From assembly GCA_021848065.1 (NCBI GenBank), contig JAJZNA010000032.1, positions 35,389 to 99,388 on the forward strand: a DNA stretch of 64,000 nucleotides, written 5' to 3'. The notes beneath the pieces were generated by a model. The model worked only from the letters and a program-made list of their open reading frames with translations. It was not told the DNA's origin and searched no databases. The DNA comes from Candidatus Micrarchaeota archaeon (GTDB lineage: Archaea; Micrarchaeota; Micrarchaeia; Micrarchaeales; CABMGC01). Position numbers and translations under genes: made by a program. Positions 1 to 9,900 of the stretch are shown here, piece by piece; position 1 is the stretch's first letter; each line of letters begins with the position of its first letter.

Positions 1-2848
1 AATTCAGTATGGTGTTGTTGATGAGCTTTATGGACGTCTGTGCCACCGGCGCCGTAACGTTTATCGGGTTTGTGAACCCGTTGAGCACGCAGTTCTCTAT
101 AGTGACTCCGCTAGTGTTGTAAACGCTCACGAACGTGCCTCCATGGGTCGCGTATATCGTGTGCCCATTGCAGTTTATCACGCTGTTCCTTGCGCTCTGG
201 GTGGCATTGCGTGTGTACACATTGAAGCATGAGCTTCCGAAAGTGTACATCATGTCGTATCCTATCGAGACTGTCTGCGGCGATGTTATGAGCATGCACT
301 GCACCTGCTGCTGTGCGGACGGTATGACTGCCATCCACCTGCAGTTCTCCTTTGTGTTTCCGTAGTTGACTACGCCCAGGTTTGCGTCCGGGGCTGAAGA
401 GCCCGAGTAGCATGCGAAGTCGGCCTGCCTGTTCCCGTTGGCCGTGTTGTTCTTTACGAAGTTGGACTGCGTGCCGTTCTGGAAGCTGAATCCGTACCCC
501 ACGTTGTCCAGGGCCGTGTTGTTTACTACTGTGTTGTTCAATGCACGCGAGAACCTGAATCCGAACACCGACGTCCCTGCCCCTCCTTTTGCAGTGTCCT
601 CGGTTATGGTGCTTGATCCCGTGCCTGAGAATAAGTATCCCGTGCCTGAGAATCCGGTAACTATATTGTTGGACACCATTGCTGAACTGGCTCCTGAGAG
701 GCTTATTCCTGATTCAAGGCTGGAGAACTGCATGTTCTGTACTATGAGGTATTTGGAATTCGATGATTCTATTCCCGTGTTGAAGCCGAGTATCTTACAG
801 TCAAAGAGCGAGACATCCGATACGTTGTTTGCCATTATCGCCGTTCCCGTACCCACGCCGTTTATTGCGTGGTTGGCGCACTCCAGGCTCACGTTGCTCG
901 CAGTTATGTCAAAGCAGTTGCCCTTCGCCACAAGGTTTGCGTTTACGATGTACTGCCCTGGCACAGAGATCGTTGTGCACGCGGATATCGGGTAGGTGGT
1001 AAGGTTTGGCAGATAATGTATGGGGCATGATGTTGCCCATACGCAGTCGGTGCTGCCGCATGTCGTTCCCGACATCGTGCTCAGGGTGGAGTTGTACGTG
1101 TTCACCGAGCAGTATATGTCTGCCTTTGAGTTATGCAGGGCGGTGCCAGAGTTTAGGGTTATGCTTGTGCTGTTATCCATAGCTATCCCATAGCTGTTAT
1201 TCAGGGTGCTGAATCTCGTAAGCACTGCGTATGTTGTCCCGTTTATGTACACTCCGTACTTGTTGCCTGCTGCCTTCAGGTTGGTGAAGTTGTCATCCGT
1301 CGACCCCATTATGTATGCTCCATACGTGCCATTGTTGGCTGTGATTGTGTGCAGCCCCAGCTTGAGCACGCTTGCGAAGTACATTGCATAGGTATTATTG
1401 TCAAAGCTGCAGTCCGAGACCGTTACGTTGTACGCGTTTGCCGCGAACACCCCGTATGCCCCATTGTCTATCGAATGGCCGTTGCAGTTCAGGTTCACAT
1501 TCGAGGCGTTGACAATTATGCATGGCGTGTTCGGGCTAAGCTTAACGTTCAGGAAGTTTGGCACGTTTATGTTGGATGAGAGCGAGTACGTGCCTGCGTA
1601 ATTTATTGTTCCGCACGTGTTCACCTGCTGCTGCAGCACTGTCGATTCCGGAGTGGCCTGAAGGTTCTGTGATGTGCATGATGCGAAGTTGCAGTAGTTG
1701 TTAACATAGCACGTCGTGTTCTCGAACCTGTTGTATGACGTGTATCCTGTAGAAGGGTTGCATGCGAGGTCAACCGGGTTCCCAACCATAGTATCGTTTG
1801 CTATCCTGTTTCCTGTGGAGTTCACCACTATGCCATAGTAGGAATTGTCAAGAAGCGATGTGTAGGACACTGTATTGTTCCCTCCTCCGACTATTGATAC
1901 CGCGCCTCCCTGGCCGTTTACACTTGTTATGTTGCTGTATGAGAGCCTGTTGTCAAGCGATCTTGCGAAATAGACTCCTGCTATTGTCATGTTGTGCATG
2001 ACTATGTATGAGATGTTGCTTTTCCTCGTGTTGTTCAGGTATATTCCGTATGAGAATTTGGATATGCCTAGCCTCGTCACAGTGACGTTTGATACCGAAT
2101 CCAGCATTATTCCGTATGAGTATGGCGGATTCTGCGAAGTGAACGGCCCGCTGCCTATGAGGCTGTATCCTTCCCCATTCAGCTTAACATTGCTAGAAGC
2201 CACTTTTATGCATGGCGCGCTCTGGCTTGATGATGCTATGTTTCCTGTCAGGTTGTACACTCCAGGGGCCGTTATGGTCATGCAGGAGCTGATGCTAAAT
2301 GCCTTGGGGCCTATTGTTGTGGTTGAAGATGTCCCCGCGGCCTGGTGTCCTGATGCCACTGCATATATTATTGCTAATATTATTATGAGTGCGGCTGCAC
2401 CTCCTATGATCTTCCATGGTGGCTGCATCCTGGCATGCTCTTCTTGCTGTGCTACTGGGGCCTGGATAACGCGCGGCGCTGAAGGCTGTGCTCCTTTGGG
2501 CTGCACTACTTCTACCCCCTCTTCAGGCTCCTTCTCCTCTTCCGGGATTTCTTCCTCTTTTTGGGCCTCTTCTTCCTTCTCAGGCTCCTTGACCTGCTCC
2601 TGCGGCTTAGGCACTGCCCCGGCCGGCTTTGAAGGCTGCTGCGGCGAAGGCTCTTCCTGCGGCTCCTCGGCGCCTTTCCCAGGCACCTCTTCAGGGAGAA
2701 GCCCTGATGGGTGCTCTTCAGGCTGTTGTGGCAGGTACTGTGCAGATCCCTCTATTCCCTGTGGCCCCACAGGCCCTCCTTTCCCTACCAAACCATTATT
2801 ATCTTCCCCCGCAGGGTTTATGGGCGTCTTGCCCTTCTTGTTCGCCAT
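1..2848 (-). CDS. membrane-anchored parallel beta-helix (PbH1/NosD-like) repeat surface protein; C-terminus runs off the left window edge
   Basis: My own minus-strand translation from the ATG at 2848 gives MANKKGKTPINPAGEDNNG..., then a Pro/Glu-rich tail and one TM helix (WKIIGGAAALIIILAIIYAV). This is followed by several hundred aa of Asn/Ser/Thr/Gly-rich beta-helix-like repeats (e.g. NVTVTRLGISKFSYGIYLNNTRKSNIS). The frame stays open to position 1, so there is no stop in the window and the ORF is absent from the ORF track. Confidence 0.6.
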   Translation of the reverse strand, partial: MANKKGKTPINPAGEDNNGLVGKGGPVGPQGIEGSAQYLPQQPEEHPSGLLPEEVPGKGAEEPQEEPSPQQPSKPAGAVPKPQEQVKEPEKEEEAQKEEEIPEEEKEPEEGVEVVQPKGAQPSAPRVIQAPVAQQEEHARMQPPWKIIGGAAALIIILAIIYAVASGHQAAGTSSTTTIGPKAFSISSCMTITAPGVYNLTGNIASSSQSAPCIKVASSNVKLNGEGYSLIGSGPFTSQNPPYSYGIMLDSVSNVTVTRLGISKFSYGIYLNNTRKSNISYIVMHNMTIAGVYFARSLDNRLSYSNITSVNGQGGAVSIVGGGNNTVSYTSLLDNSYYGIVVNSTGNRIANDTMVGNPVDLACNPSTGYTSYNRFENTTCYVNNYCNFASCTSQNLQATPESTVLQQQVNTCGTINYAGTYSLSSNINVPNFLNVKLSPNTPCIIVNASNVNLNCNGHSIDNGAYGVFAANAYNVTVSDCSFDNNTYAMYFASVLKLGLHTITANNGTYGAYIMGSTDDNFTNLKAAGNKYGVYINGTTYAVLTRFSTLNNSYGIAMDNSTSITLNSGTALHNSKADIYCSVNTYNSTLSTMSGTTCGSTDCVWATSCPIHYLPNLTTYPISACTTISVPGQYIVNANLVAKGNCFDITASNVSLECANHAINGVGTGTAIMANNVSDVSLFDCKILGFNTGIESSNSKYLIVQNMQFSSLESGISLSGASSAMVSNNIVTGFSGTGYLFSGTGSSTITEDTAKGGAGTSVFGFRFSRALNNTVVNNTALDNVGYGFSFQNGTQSNFVKNNTANGNRQADFACYSGSSAPDANLGVVNYGNTKENCRWMAVIPSAQQQVQCMLITSPQTVSIGYDMMYTFGSSCFNVYTRNATQSARNSVINCNGHTIYATHGGTFVSVYNTSGVTIENCVLNGFTNPINVTAPVAQTSIKLINNTILN

Positions 2849-2911
2849 CCAATCATGCAGTAAACGTTTAGTTTATATCTTCGTATGCTACATTTACTTA
2901 TAAATATTATT

Positions 2912-2985
2912 GCCCCGTTAACTCAGCCTGGCAGAGTGCCAGTTTCGTAAACTGGAAGCCGAGGGTTCAAATCCCTCTCGGGGCT
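2912..2985 (+). tRNA. tRNA-Thr (anticodon CGU)
   Basis: Cloverleaf folded by hand. Acceptor GCCCCGT/TCGGGGC (one U-U at 7:66); D stem ACTC/GAGT; anticodon stem CCAGT/ACTGG with loop TTCGTAA; T stem GAGGG/CCCTC with loop TTCAAAT. Length 74 nt, no encoded CCA. Confidence 0.85.
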
Positions 2986-3117
2986 TTAAACACTAGCTAA
3001 TTATACTACGTAAAATGACTCGAAGCCAAAAGTGAGGGCTTTGAGCCCTGAACTAATATAGTTCCAGACTGGAAGTCTAGGCTTTTGGCGATTGACTGTT
3101 CGCAGGCACACCGTACT

Positions 3118-3669
3118 TCATTTTTCTCTAAAAGGATAACCGCATACGCCTGCTCTTGGCGAATTTACTCGCCCTTTATATGGGTTGACATTGCGTATTA
3201 GCAGCTCTACCTCTCCTTCTGCCGGATCGACGTGTACACTCCCCAGTACATGTATTGAAAGTTCTGTGGTGGAGCCAAAATCATACTGATATCTTGCATT
3301 ATCTGCTCCTGTAAAGACCTTGTATAATTCGATGTTCATCTTTTCAGTCTTCATGCCCCATATAGGGTAATCGGAGTCTACCTCGTACCGCTTACCGTTT
3401 ATTTCAAATGCACTCATATGCCCGCAACAATCAAGCCACACTTTTCTAAGGAGTTTATCTAAGTCGCTTAGCGTTGAGCCTTTACCTGCGCAGATATCGA
3501 GCCAGTAGTTTTTATCCTTTCCTTGAACTCTTATGTAGAAATAATTTCCGGTATAATTATCGCCTGGACTTATCTCTCCTGCAGTGCATTTGCATAGGTG
3601 CTTAAGCGCACCCTGCTTAGAGACTTCGCTGTTGCATACTGCGCATGTTCCTTTTGTAGACGTATTCAA
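3118..3669 (-). CDS. pRiA4b ORF-3-like family protein (PF07929-like) with N-terminal Cys-rich segment
   Basis: Pattern STLSDLDKLLRKVWLDCCGHMSAFEINGKRYEV...ARYQYDFGSTTELSIHVLG matches the family signature (tL.dLH...W.d.HL..F.i.g..y ... YeYDFGD.WeH.i). Confidence 0.55.
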   Translation of the reverse strand: MNTSTKGTCAVCNSEVSKQGALKHLCKCTAGEISPGDNYTGNYFYIRVQGKDKNYWLDICAGKGSTLSDLDKLLRKVWLDCCGHMSAFEINGKRYEVDSDYPIWGMKTEKMNIELYKVFTGADNARYQYDFGSTTELSIHVLGSVHVDPAEGEVELLIRNVNPYKGRVNSPRAGVCGYPFREK

Positions 3670-3864
3670 AACACCTGCGTGACAGTTCGTTAAGATGTGA
3701 CAATTAATGGGCTTGATCCCTTATAAACCCACAGTGCTATGACCCTAATAGCGGTTGCCATCTGCTGATGACCGTAAAGTGGTAGTTTAGCTCGAATTTG
3801 TAGGTTATTATTGTTTTATTGCAGAACAGAAAAGGTTATATATTGTCCTGTAGTAAAACAATTT

Positions 3865-5139
3865 ATGAACAAAAGCGATGTCTTTGAAGAGTGGAGCACA
3901 TATGCCAAGCGCAAGACCTTATTGCAAAGGAACATAGATCTCGACGCTGTGATAAAGAATTCCAATTCTAAAATAATAGCAATAACCGGAATGAGGCGCA
4001 CAGGGAAATCGAGCATCCTGATGCTTATGGCTCAGAAGCTAACTCGTGAGGGGAAGAGAGTCTGCTACGTAAATATTGAGGACGACCGGATAAAGGGGGA
4101 GCCAGATTTGCTTGACGAAATACTCAAGTGGTTTGGAGATGAGGGATTCATGCTGATAGATGAAATCACAAGCGCAGATGGTTGGGAAGGATGGCTATCC
4201 AGGAACCACGAACTGCTTAAAGGCAGGTTGCACCTGATTGTAAGCTCCTCAAGAAAAACGATAGCCTTGCCCAGCAAACCATTGCGCGGGAGGATTATAA
4301 GCTACGAGATATTCCCCCTTTCCTTTGCGGAATTTCTAAGGTTCAGGGGAGTGAAAATAGAGAAGACCACCGCAGGAAGGGGCAGAGTTGAGCGAGAACT
4401 GGAAGAGTACATGAAATACGGGGGCTTTCCCGAAGTTGCTCTAACTGAAGACCATACAGACAAAGTGAAGATCATCAACTCCTATTTCAAGGACATAATA
4501 GGGCTGGACGTTGCGGAAATGTCAAAACAGGACTTGAGCACTGTGGAAGTGTTTGGCAAGTATGTTATACAGTCAAACTACTTTTCGGCTTCGAAATGCC
4601 TCAACTTCCTTAAGACGCTAGGCTATAAAATAGGCAAGGAGAAGATTCTTGAACTGGAGAGGTACTCTGAAGCAAGTTATCTATTCTTCTTCATGACTAT
4701 ATTTTCGCGGAACATAAAAGACCGCTCACAATATCCACGTAAAGCATATTCTGGAGATACTGGTTTCTACTATGGAACCACGGGCAGGATGGATTTTGGA
4801 AGTGGATATGAAGGCATCGTCTTCCTTGAGCTTAAACGCAGACTGCGCGGGCAGCAAGAGCTGCACTATTGGAAGAATAGGCTTGATTATGAGTGCGATT
4901 TTGTCATGACGGAAGGACTTGAAGCTGCAATGGCAATGCAGGTAGTTTATGATCTGAATACTGGGACTGAGCGCAGGGAAAAGAATGGATTATTGCAATG
5001 CAGCAAGGAGCTTAAATCACATAATGCAATTATTGTAACAAGGAATGTTAAGAAAGTTGAAAATGCGGAAGGAATAAGCATAAAGTATATCCCTATAATT
5101 GACTGGCTATTGGAAGATAAGACTTGGGAGAATTTATAG
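3865..5139 (+). CDS. AAA+ ATPase of the COG1373 type (AAA_14 + DUF4143-like)
   Basis: Walker A ITGMRRTGKSSIL and Walker B-like FMLIDEI, with a length and C-terminal region typical of the family. I prefer the ATG at 3865 (MNKSDVFEEW) over the TTG at 3811. Confidence 0.7.
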   Translation: MNKSDVFEEWSTYAKRKTLLQRNIDLDAVIKNSNSKIIAITGMRRTGKSSILMLMAQKLTREGKRVCYVNIEDDRIKGEPDLLDEILKWFGDEGFMLIDEITSADGWEGWLSRNHELLKGRLHLIVSSSRKTIALPSKPLRGRIISYEIFPLSFAEFLRFRGVKIEKTTAGRGRVERELEEYMKYGGFPEVALTEDHTDKVKIINSYFKDIIGLDVAEMSKQDLSTVEVFGKYVIQSNYFSASKCLNFLKTLGYKIGKEKILELERYSEASYLFFFMTIFSRNIKDRSQYPRKAYSGDTGFYYGTTGRMDFGSGYEGIVFLELKRRLRGQQELHYWKNRLDYECDFVMTEGLEAAMAMQVVYDLNTGTERREKNGLLQCSKELKSHNAIIVTRNVKKVENAEGISIKYIPIIDWLLEDKTWENL

Positions 5140-5418
5140 CAGAAGGCTAGGATTGTTCAGGTTCAATGGCAAGGTAACCTATTCTATATCGAAAGACCGC
5201 TTTTGGGCTGCGCTCTTTACTACGAGAGAACTCTCGGGGCTTGCAGTTCAGGGGTACGATGCACTTGCCCACAACGCTTAATGGGGCGGGCAAGGCAGGC
5301 ATAGCAATAACTTAAACATAAGCAGTAATAGGAAATCTGTATCGGATCTCAGAGATATGACCAGTTAACCCACCTAATAAGTATACTACTAGTCTTGATG
5401 GCGCCTGATTTGCAGTAT

Positions 5419-6021
5419 TTAGATCAAGAGAACCTTATTTCCAACATTCTTCTTCCTGCCGTTCACAAGTTTGCCCAATGACTGCTGTAGCGAACGGGCC
5501 TTCTGAACCGTAAGGCCGTCGATGCAAAGCAAGTTGGTGTTAACCAATGCAATGCTGCCGTCCTTCTTGTATTTGATGCGGCCAATATTGACCAGTTTCA
5601 ACGATGCGGAGTCTTTCTTCTTGTTCTGTACAAATACTATGTTGGTTATATTCTCTAACGGCAGTGCTAAAATGTCCGAATCTTGTGAACGGTGTACCAC
5701 TCTTGAATTTGTGATCCAGAACTTTGGGTCATTGTGCTTGGTCAATAACACTATGAAACCTACTAATGAAACTAGCCCTATGAGAGACACCATCGTATCG
5801 TAGCCAGCAAAGATTGCGTTTAAACTCGATGCACCTATAAATGAATTGATAAGCGCAACTATCAGTCCCATAAGTATAGAGAATGCCCCTGCGAATGAAA
5901 CGCTGATGAGGATGGATCTGAAAATATATCGTCCATAATTGTGCATTGGTATTATCTCCTCTACGATATTCTCCTTTGCCAATCTGTCAAATGGCAATTC
6001 TGAGGTTTCCACCGAATGCAC
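5419..6021 (-). CDS. hypothetical membrane protein (two central TM helices)
   Basis: 200-aa ORF with two hydrophobic helices (ILISVSFAGAFSILMGLIVALI, VSLIGLVSLVGFIVLL) followed by a soluble C-terminal region. I recognise no motif. Confidence 0.45.
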   Translation of the reverse strand: MHSVETSELPFDRLAKENIVEEIIPMHNYGRYIFRSILISVSFAGAFSILMGLIVALINSFIGASSLNAIFAGYDTMVSLIGLVSLVGFIVLLTKHNDPKFWITNSRVVHRSQDSDILALPLENITNIVFVQNKKKDSASLKLVNIGRIKYKKDGSIALVNTNLLCIDGLTVQKARSLQQSLGKLVNGRKKNVGNKVLLI

Positions 6022-6057
6022 CTCTGATTTACCCGAAGTAAAAGCTTATATACCTAG

Positions 6058-6798
6058 ATGTACGGTATATGCCTCATGAAATCCAGGAAAAAGACGAGGA
6101 GCAAGACCATACTGGGCTATTATTCGGATGTCTTCAAGCTTATGAAGAATCCATCAAGGTTTACCGCAACCAAGATGACTGGTGCAGAGGCCATTAAATA
6201 CTACCTGAAAAGCAGCGCAGTTCCGATCATAGCCTTGGTTATCGGGCTTCCGCTTGCTTCCCTGTTGGGAGGAAACATCTATGTAGGCAGCCTTGGTCCC
6301 GTCATGGCATTTGCAAACTGGCTAGGCAGCTTTGGAAATGTTGGAGCAGCCATAGGCCTGGCATTCACGATTCTTTTTGATTTTGTTGTATTTGTCCCAC
6401 TTGCCATGCTCCTGCTTGCAGGCTTGATCCATCTGCCCAGCAAACTTCTTGGCTTACTGGAAGGAAAATATTCGCATACTCTTTCAGCAGTTTCGTATTG
6501 GGCTTCTACAAGCATGTTCTTTTTATGGTGGCTGCCTCTTACGGCTTTGGTCTCGCAGGCCACATATCCACCACTTGGCGCTCTGCTTGCCCTATTGTTC
6601 GGCTCAGTATGGTTCCTTTCGTTGTTTTACAGCTACTATGTCTTTATAACAGCGCTTTCCAAGCAGCATAACGTGAGTACGCTAAAGGCGTTTGGCAGCA
6701 TGGTAGTTGTGTTCTTCGTGATTGGTGCGATATCCTTAATTGCCATAGCCGCTATTGCAGCATATCTCCTCGGAGTTCATGCATTACCTGGCAGGTGA
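6058..6798 (+). CDS. polytopic membrane protein (Yip1-domain-like pattern)
   Basis: 246-aa ORF with a short soluble N-terminus followed by about five hydrophobic helices. The Yip1-like assignment rests on overall pattern only. Confidence 0.45.
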   Translation: MYGICLMKSRKKTRSKTILGYYSDVFKLMKNPSRFTATKMTGAEAIKYYLKSSAVPIIALVIGLPLASLLGGNIYVGSLGPVMAFANWLGSFGNVGAAIGLAFTILFDFVVFVPLAMLLLAGLIHLPSKLLGLLEGKYSHTLSAVSYWASTSMFFLWWLPLTALVSQATYPPLGALLALLFGSVWFLSLFYSYYVFITALSKQHNVSTLKAFGSMVVVFFVIGAISLIAIAAIAAYLLGVHALPGR

Positions 6799-6944
6799 GT
6801 CTCAACCGGTATATAAGATCCTAGGCAACCTGTGGCCAGGCCTGTTCCGAACTGCCATGGCGCTCCTGAGGCAGTACGCATCCATGCATAAATAATAAAA
6901 GCTTAGTATGGCAAATATAGCGCGTATAACTATTGTGGCTTGGG

Positions 6945-9900
6945 ATGCACATTCGCTTGTATGCTTTTGCACTGTTGTTCCTCTTCGCTGTTGGGGTGAG
7001 CCATGCAGTTACGCTCCCTTCCAACATAATCACGTACGTGCCAATAAGCCTATCAAACTCCCAGGGTTCGGCATTTTCTTACAATTCGCAGGTTATGATT
7101 GCCGTAAACGCCCTGGCTTACAAGAAGCTTGAGTCGCCAAGCATGCAGAACCTCGAGTTCTTCTATGCGAACGGGAGCATAATCCCATCATGGATGCAGG
7201 GCAATTCCTCCCTCTCATCAAGCGGAGCCACGCAGAACGCCTTCAGCGTTGGCTACACATCAACCAATGTGCTCTTCTGGCTCAGGATAGCGCCTGCCAA
7301 CACCTTCCTGTCTCAAGGCTCCAGCAATACTGTCTATATGGGCTTTGCCTCCAACTCCACAAACCTTCTCAGCAACACCCTGACCGGCGAGGCTCCGCAA
7401 TTGAGCAGCGCATACGGCCAGTACGATGACGGTGCAAACGTCTTCAACTTCTACATGAATGCCAAGTCCGTGCCATCATTGATAGACCCCGGCAGCATAA
7501 CTGCATATCAGGGAGGGGTTGTGGGCAATTCGTCCCAGCTCTCCATCGTATACGACCCGCTAATGGGCAATGCCATAGATGTGACCCCGAATACTACGCT
7601 CAAGGACACATACTACTTCATGCACGCGCCTGGCATACCTTCAAACTTCGTGCTAACCCAATGGACCTACTCGTCCGGAGGCGCAACCGACCAGTGGCTT
7701 GGCGCCATCAACTCCAGCACAATGGATGGCTACAGCGCCATGCCTGGTGACGGGGGCAACGGATTCCTCTCGATATATGTTGACAGCTCAAGGTCCCTGA
7801 TCGGCAATGCCGGATACTCATATCCATACAATGCATGGATCTCATCTGGCCTGATCTTCACATCCTCGGGCTCCATGCATGCGTATGCCTCCAATGGCAT
7901 AGGCCTCCTTCCTGGTGGCAATATAATCAACGCCACATCCACCCTCTACTCGACATTCAATACCATCTTCTTTGCGCCTTTCGTGTCAGGTACATACAAA
8001 AGGCTTATGGGGCTGATACTGGCCAGGACGTACCCTCCTGGAGGTGTCATGGCTCAGGCGTCCTTCGGTACTGCTGTTTCAGCCCCGACCATATCCCTGT
8101 CCAACACCCTGAGCCCAGGCCTAGTCGAGCTGATTTCTGGGTCCCCATCCGACCATGCTCTGGTTAGCGCCACGTGCACCAGCGGGGACACCTGCGCCAT
8201 ATACAATTCTAGCGGTTCGGCCCTTGCCTCAGCAACCTCGATTGCCACCCTGCCCTACAACAGCCTTCCCCTGGGATACAGCACGCTGTATGCAAAAGAT
8301 ACAAGCGCTGGCTTAACTTCGGGCAATGTCCATGTCAGAAGGATATCCGTAAATGCAAGCATAACGATAACCCTATCCAACTCGCATTCTGCAGCCGTAG
8401 CTGCAAACACACCACTCTCAATTAGCATCAACGCCACCGCATACCCTGGCTACGTATCCAACTCGCTCAATAACACTGTGGTCTACTTCAAAAACGGCAC
8501 GGTCGCATACTCCTGGATAGAGGGAAACCTTCTCAACGAGCAACAGCAGGCAAACACGCTTTATACTTCTAATGACGTCCTGATATGGTTCAAGTCCCCA
8601 GGTTCAAGCGCATACCTGCCTGCTGATGCAGGCTCTGCAACTACAAACACCATCTACCTTGGTTTTGCTCCGCTAACCACGCGCCTGGTTGACGGCAATT
8701 ACATCGGCGAGGCCCCGCAGCTCAGCTGCTCTGATCCCACATTTCCTTCAACCTGCTCCCCTGTTGGAGGTGCTTCAAGCTACGGGCAGTATGACAATGG
8801 CAATAATGTATTCACATACTATGTAAACTTCGCAGGCGCTAGCTGCCCTGCAGGGTGGTCGTGCTCTGCAACCACCATCAGCAATTCGATATCGGTCCCT
8901 GCGGGAAGCTACGCAGTCACTACTGGGACCTACGGACAGAATGCAAGCCGGATTCTTGATTTCGAAGGCTATATACCTACGGCGGCAAATGCCAACAACG
9001 CGGGCGCCGGGTACTTCTCATCACCATACTACAACACCGGCGGCGAAGGGGATAACTGGGAAATAAACACTGGAAACGGCGACTGCAACAGCGGCTATGC
9101 CTGTGCGGAAACATGGACCACCTCCCCGAGCCAGAAGGGAGTGCTCCCAAGCACGTCCATCGGATATAGCGTCTGGTCCATATATCTTCCTTCATCGAGC
9201 AGCACCACGCTCTCCTCAAGGTACGGCGCACAAAACAGCCTTACGATACTGGGCACCAACAACGGCATACCAAACACCAAGCTGCCAATGGGCTTCTCCA
9301 ATAACCAGAACACCGGCCAGCCGACTCCACTGGGGCCCTTCAACTGGCTAAGGCTCAGGATATACCCTCCTTCAGGAGATATGCCAAGCGCATCTTTCAG
9401 CGCTGTCACAACTACGCTTTCAGTAAACATAAGCTCATCCACAACACTTCCAGCCACGCTGAACTCAGGCCAGGCCATCACATTCAATGCCATACCCTCC
9501 GGAGGAAGTGGGGTATATTCATCGTACAATTTCCTGGTCTACAACAGCGTGACCAATGCCGAGGTGGCTAATTACCTTACCCAGGAAACTGAAAACACTA
9601 TAATAAGCAATATCCCCTATGGGTTAAACCGTGCGTGCTCAATAGCCGTATCGCCTTCGGGCACATATGCCTATGTGTTGAATTATAATAGTGGAAATAT
9701 CGTGATCCTAGATACCGGCACCAACTCAATTACTGGCGCCATATCAAATGGCTTTTCATCTCCCAGGTCTGTTGCCTTTTCTCCTTCCGGAACATATGCG
9801 TACGTTACTAATTACGGGTCAAGCAACGTTGTAATAATAAACACCGCGACAAATTCTGTTACAGGCTCAATACCTGGCTTAAGCTATTCCTGGGGCGTTG

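Noticed and set aside
438-2903. Plus-strand ORFs 438..995, 1206..1601 and 1989..2903 (the last is 304 aa, Ser/Cys/Gly-rich).
   Set aside because: They are antisense shadows of the long minus-strand beta-helix gene (1..2848). That gene has a clear start, a TM helix and a repeat architecture, whereas the plus-strand products are low-complexity and motif-free.
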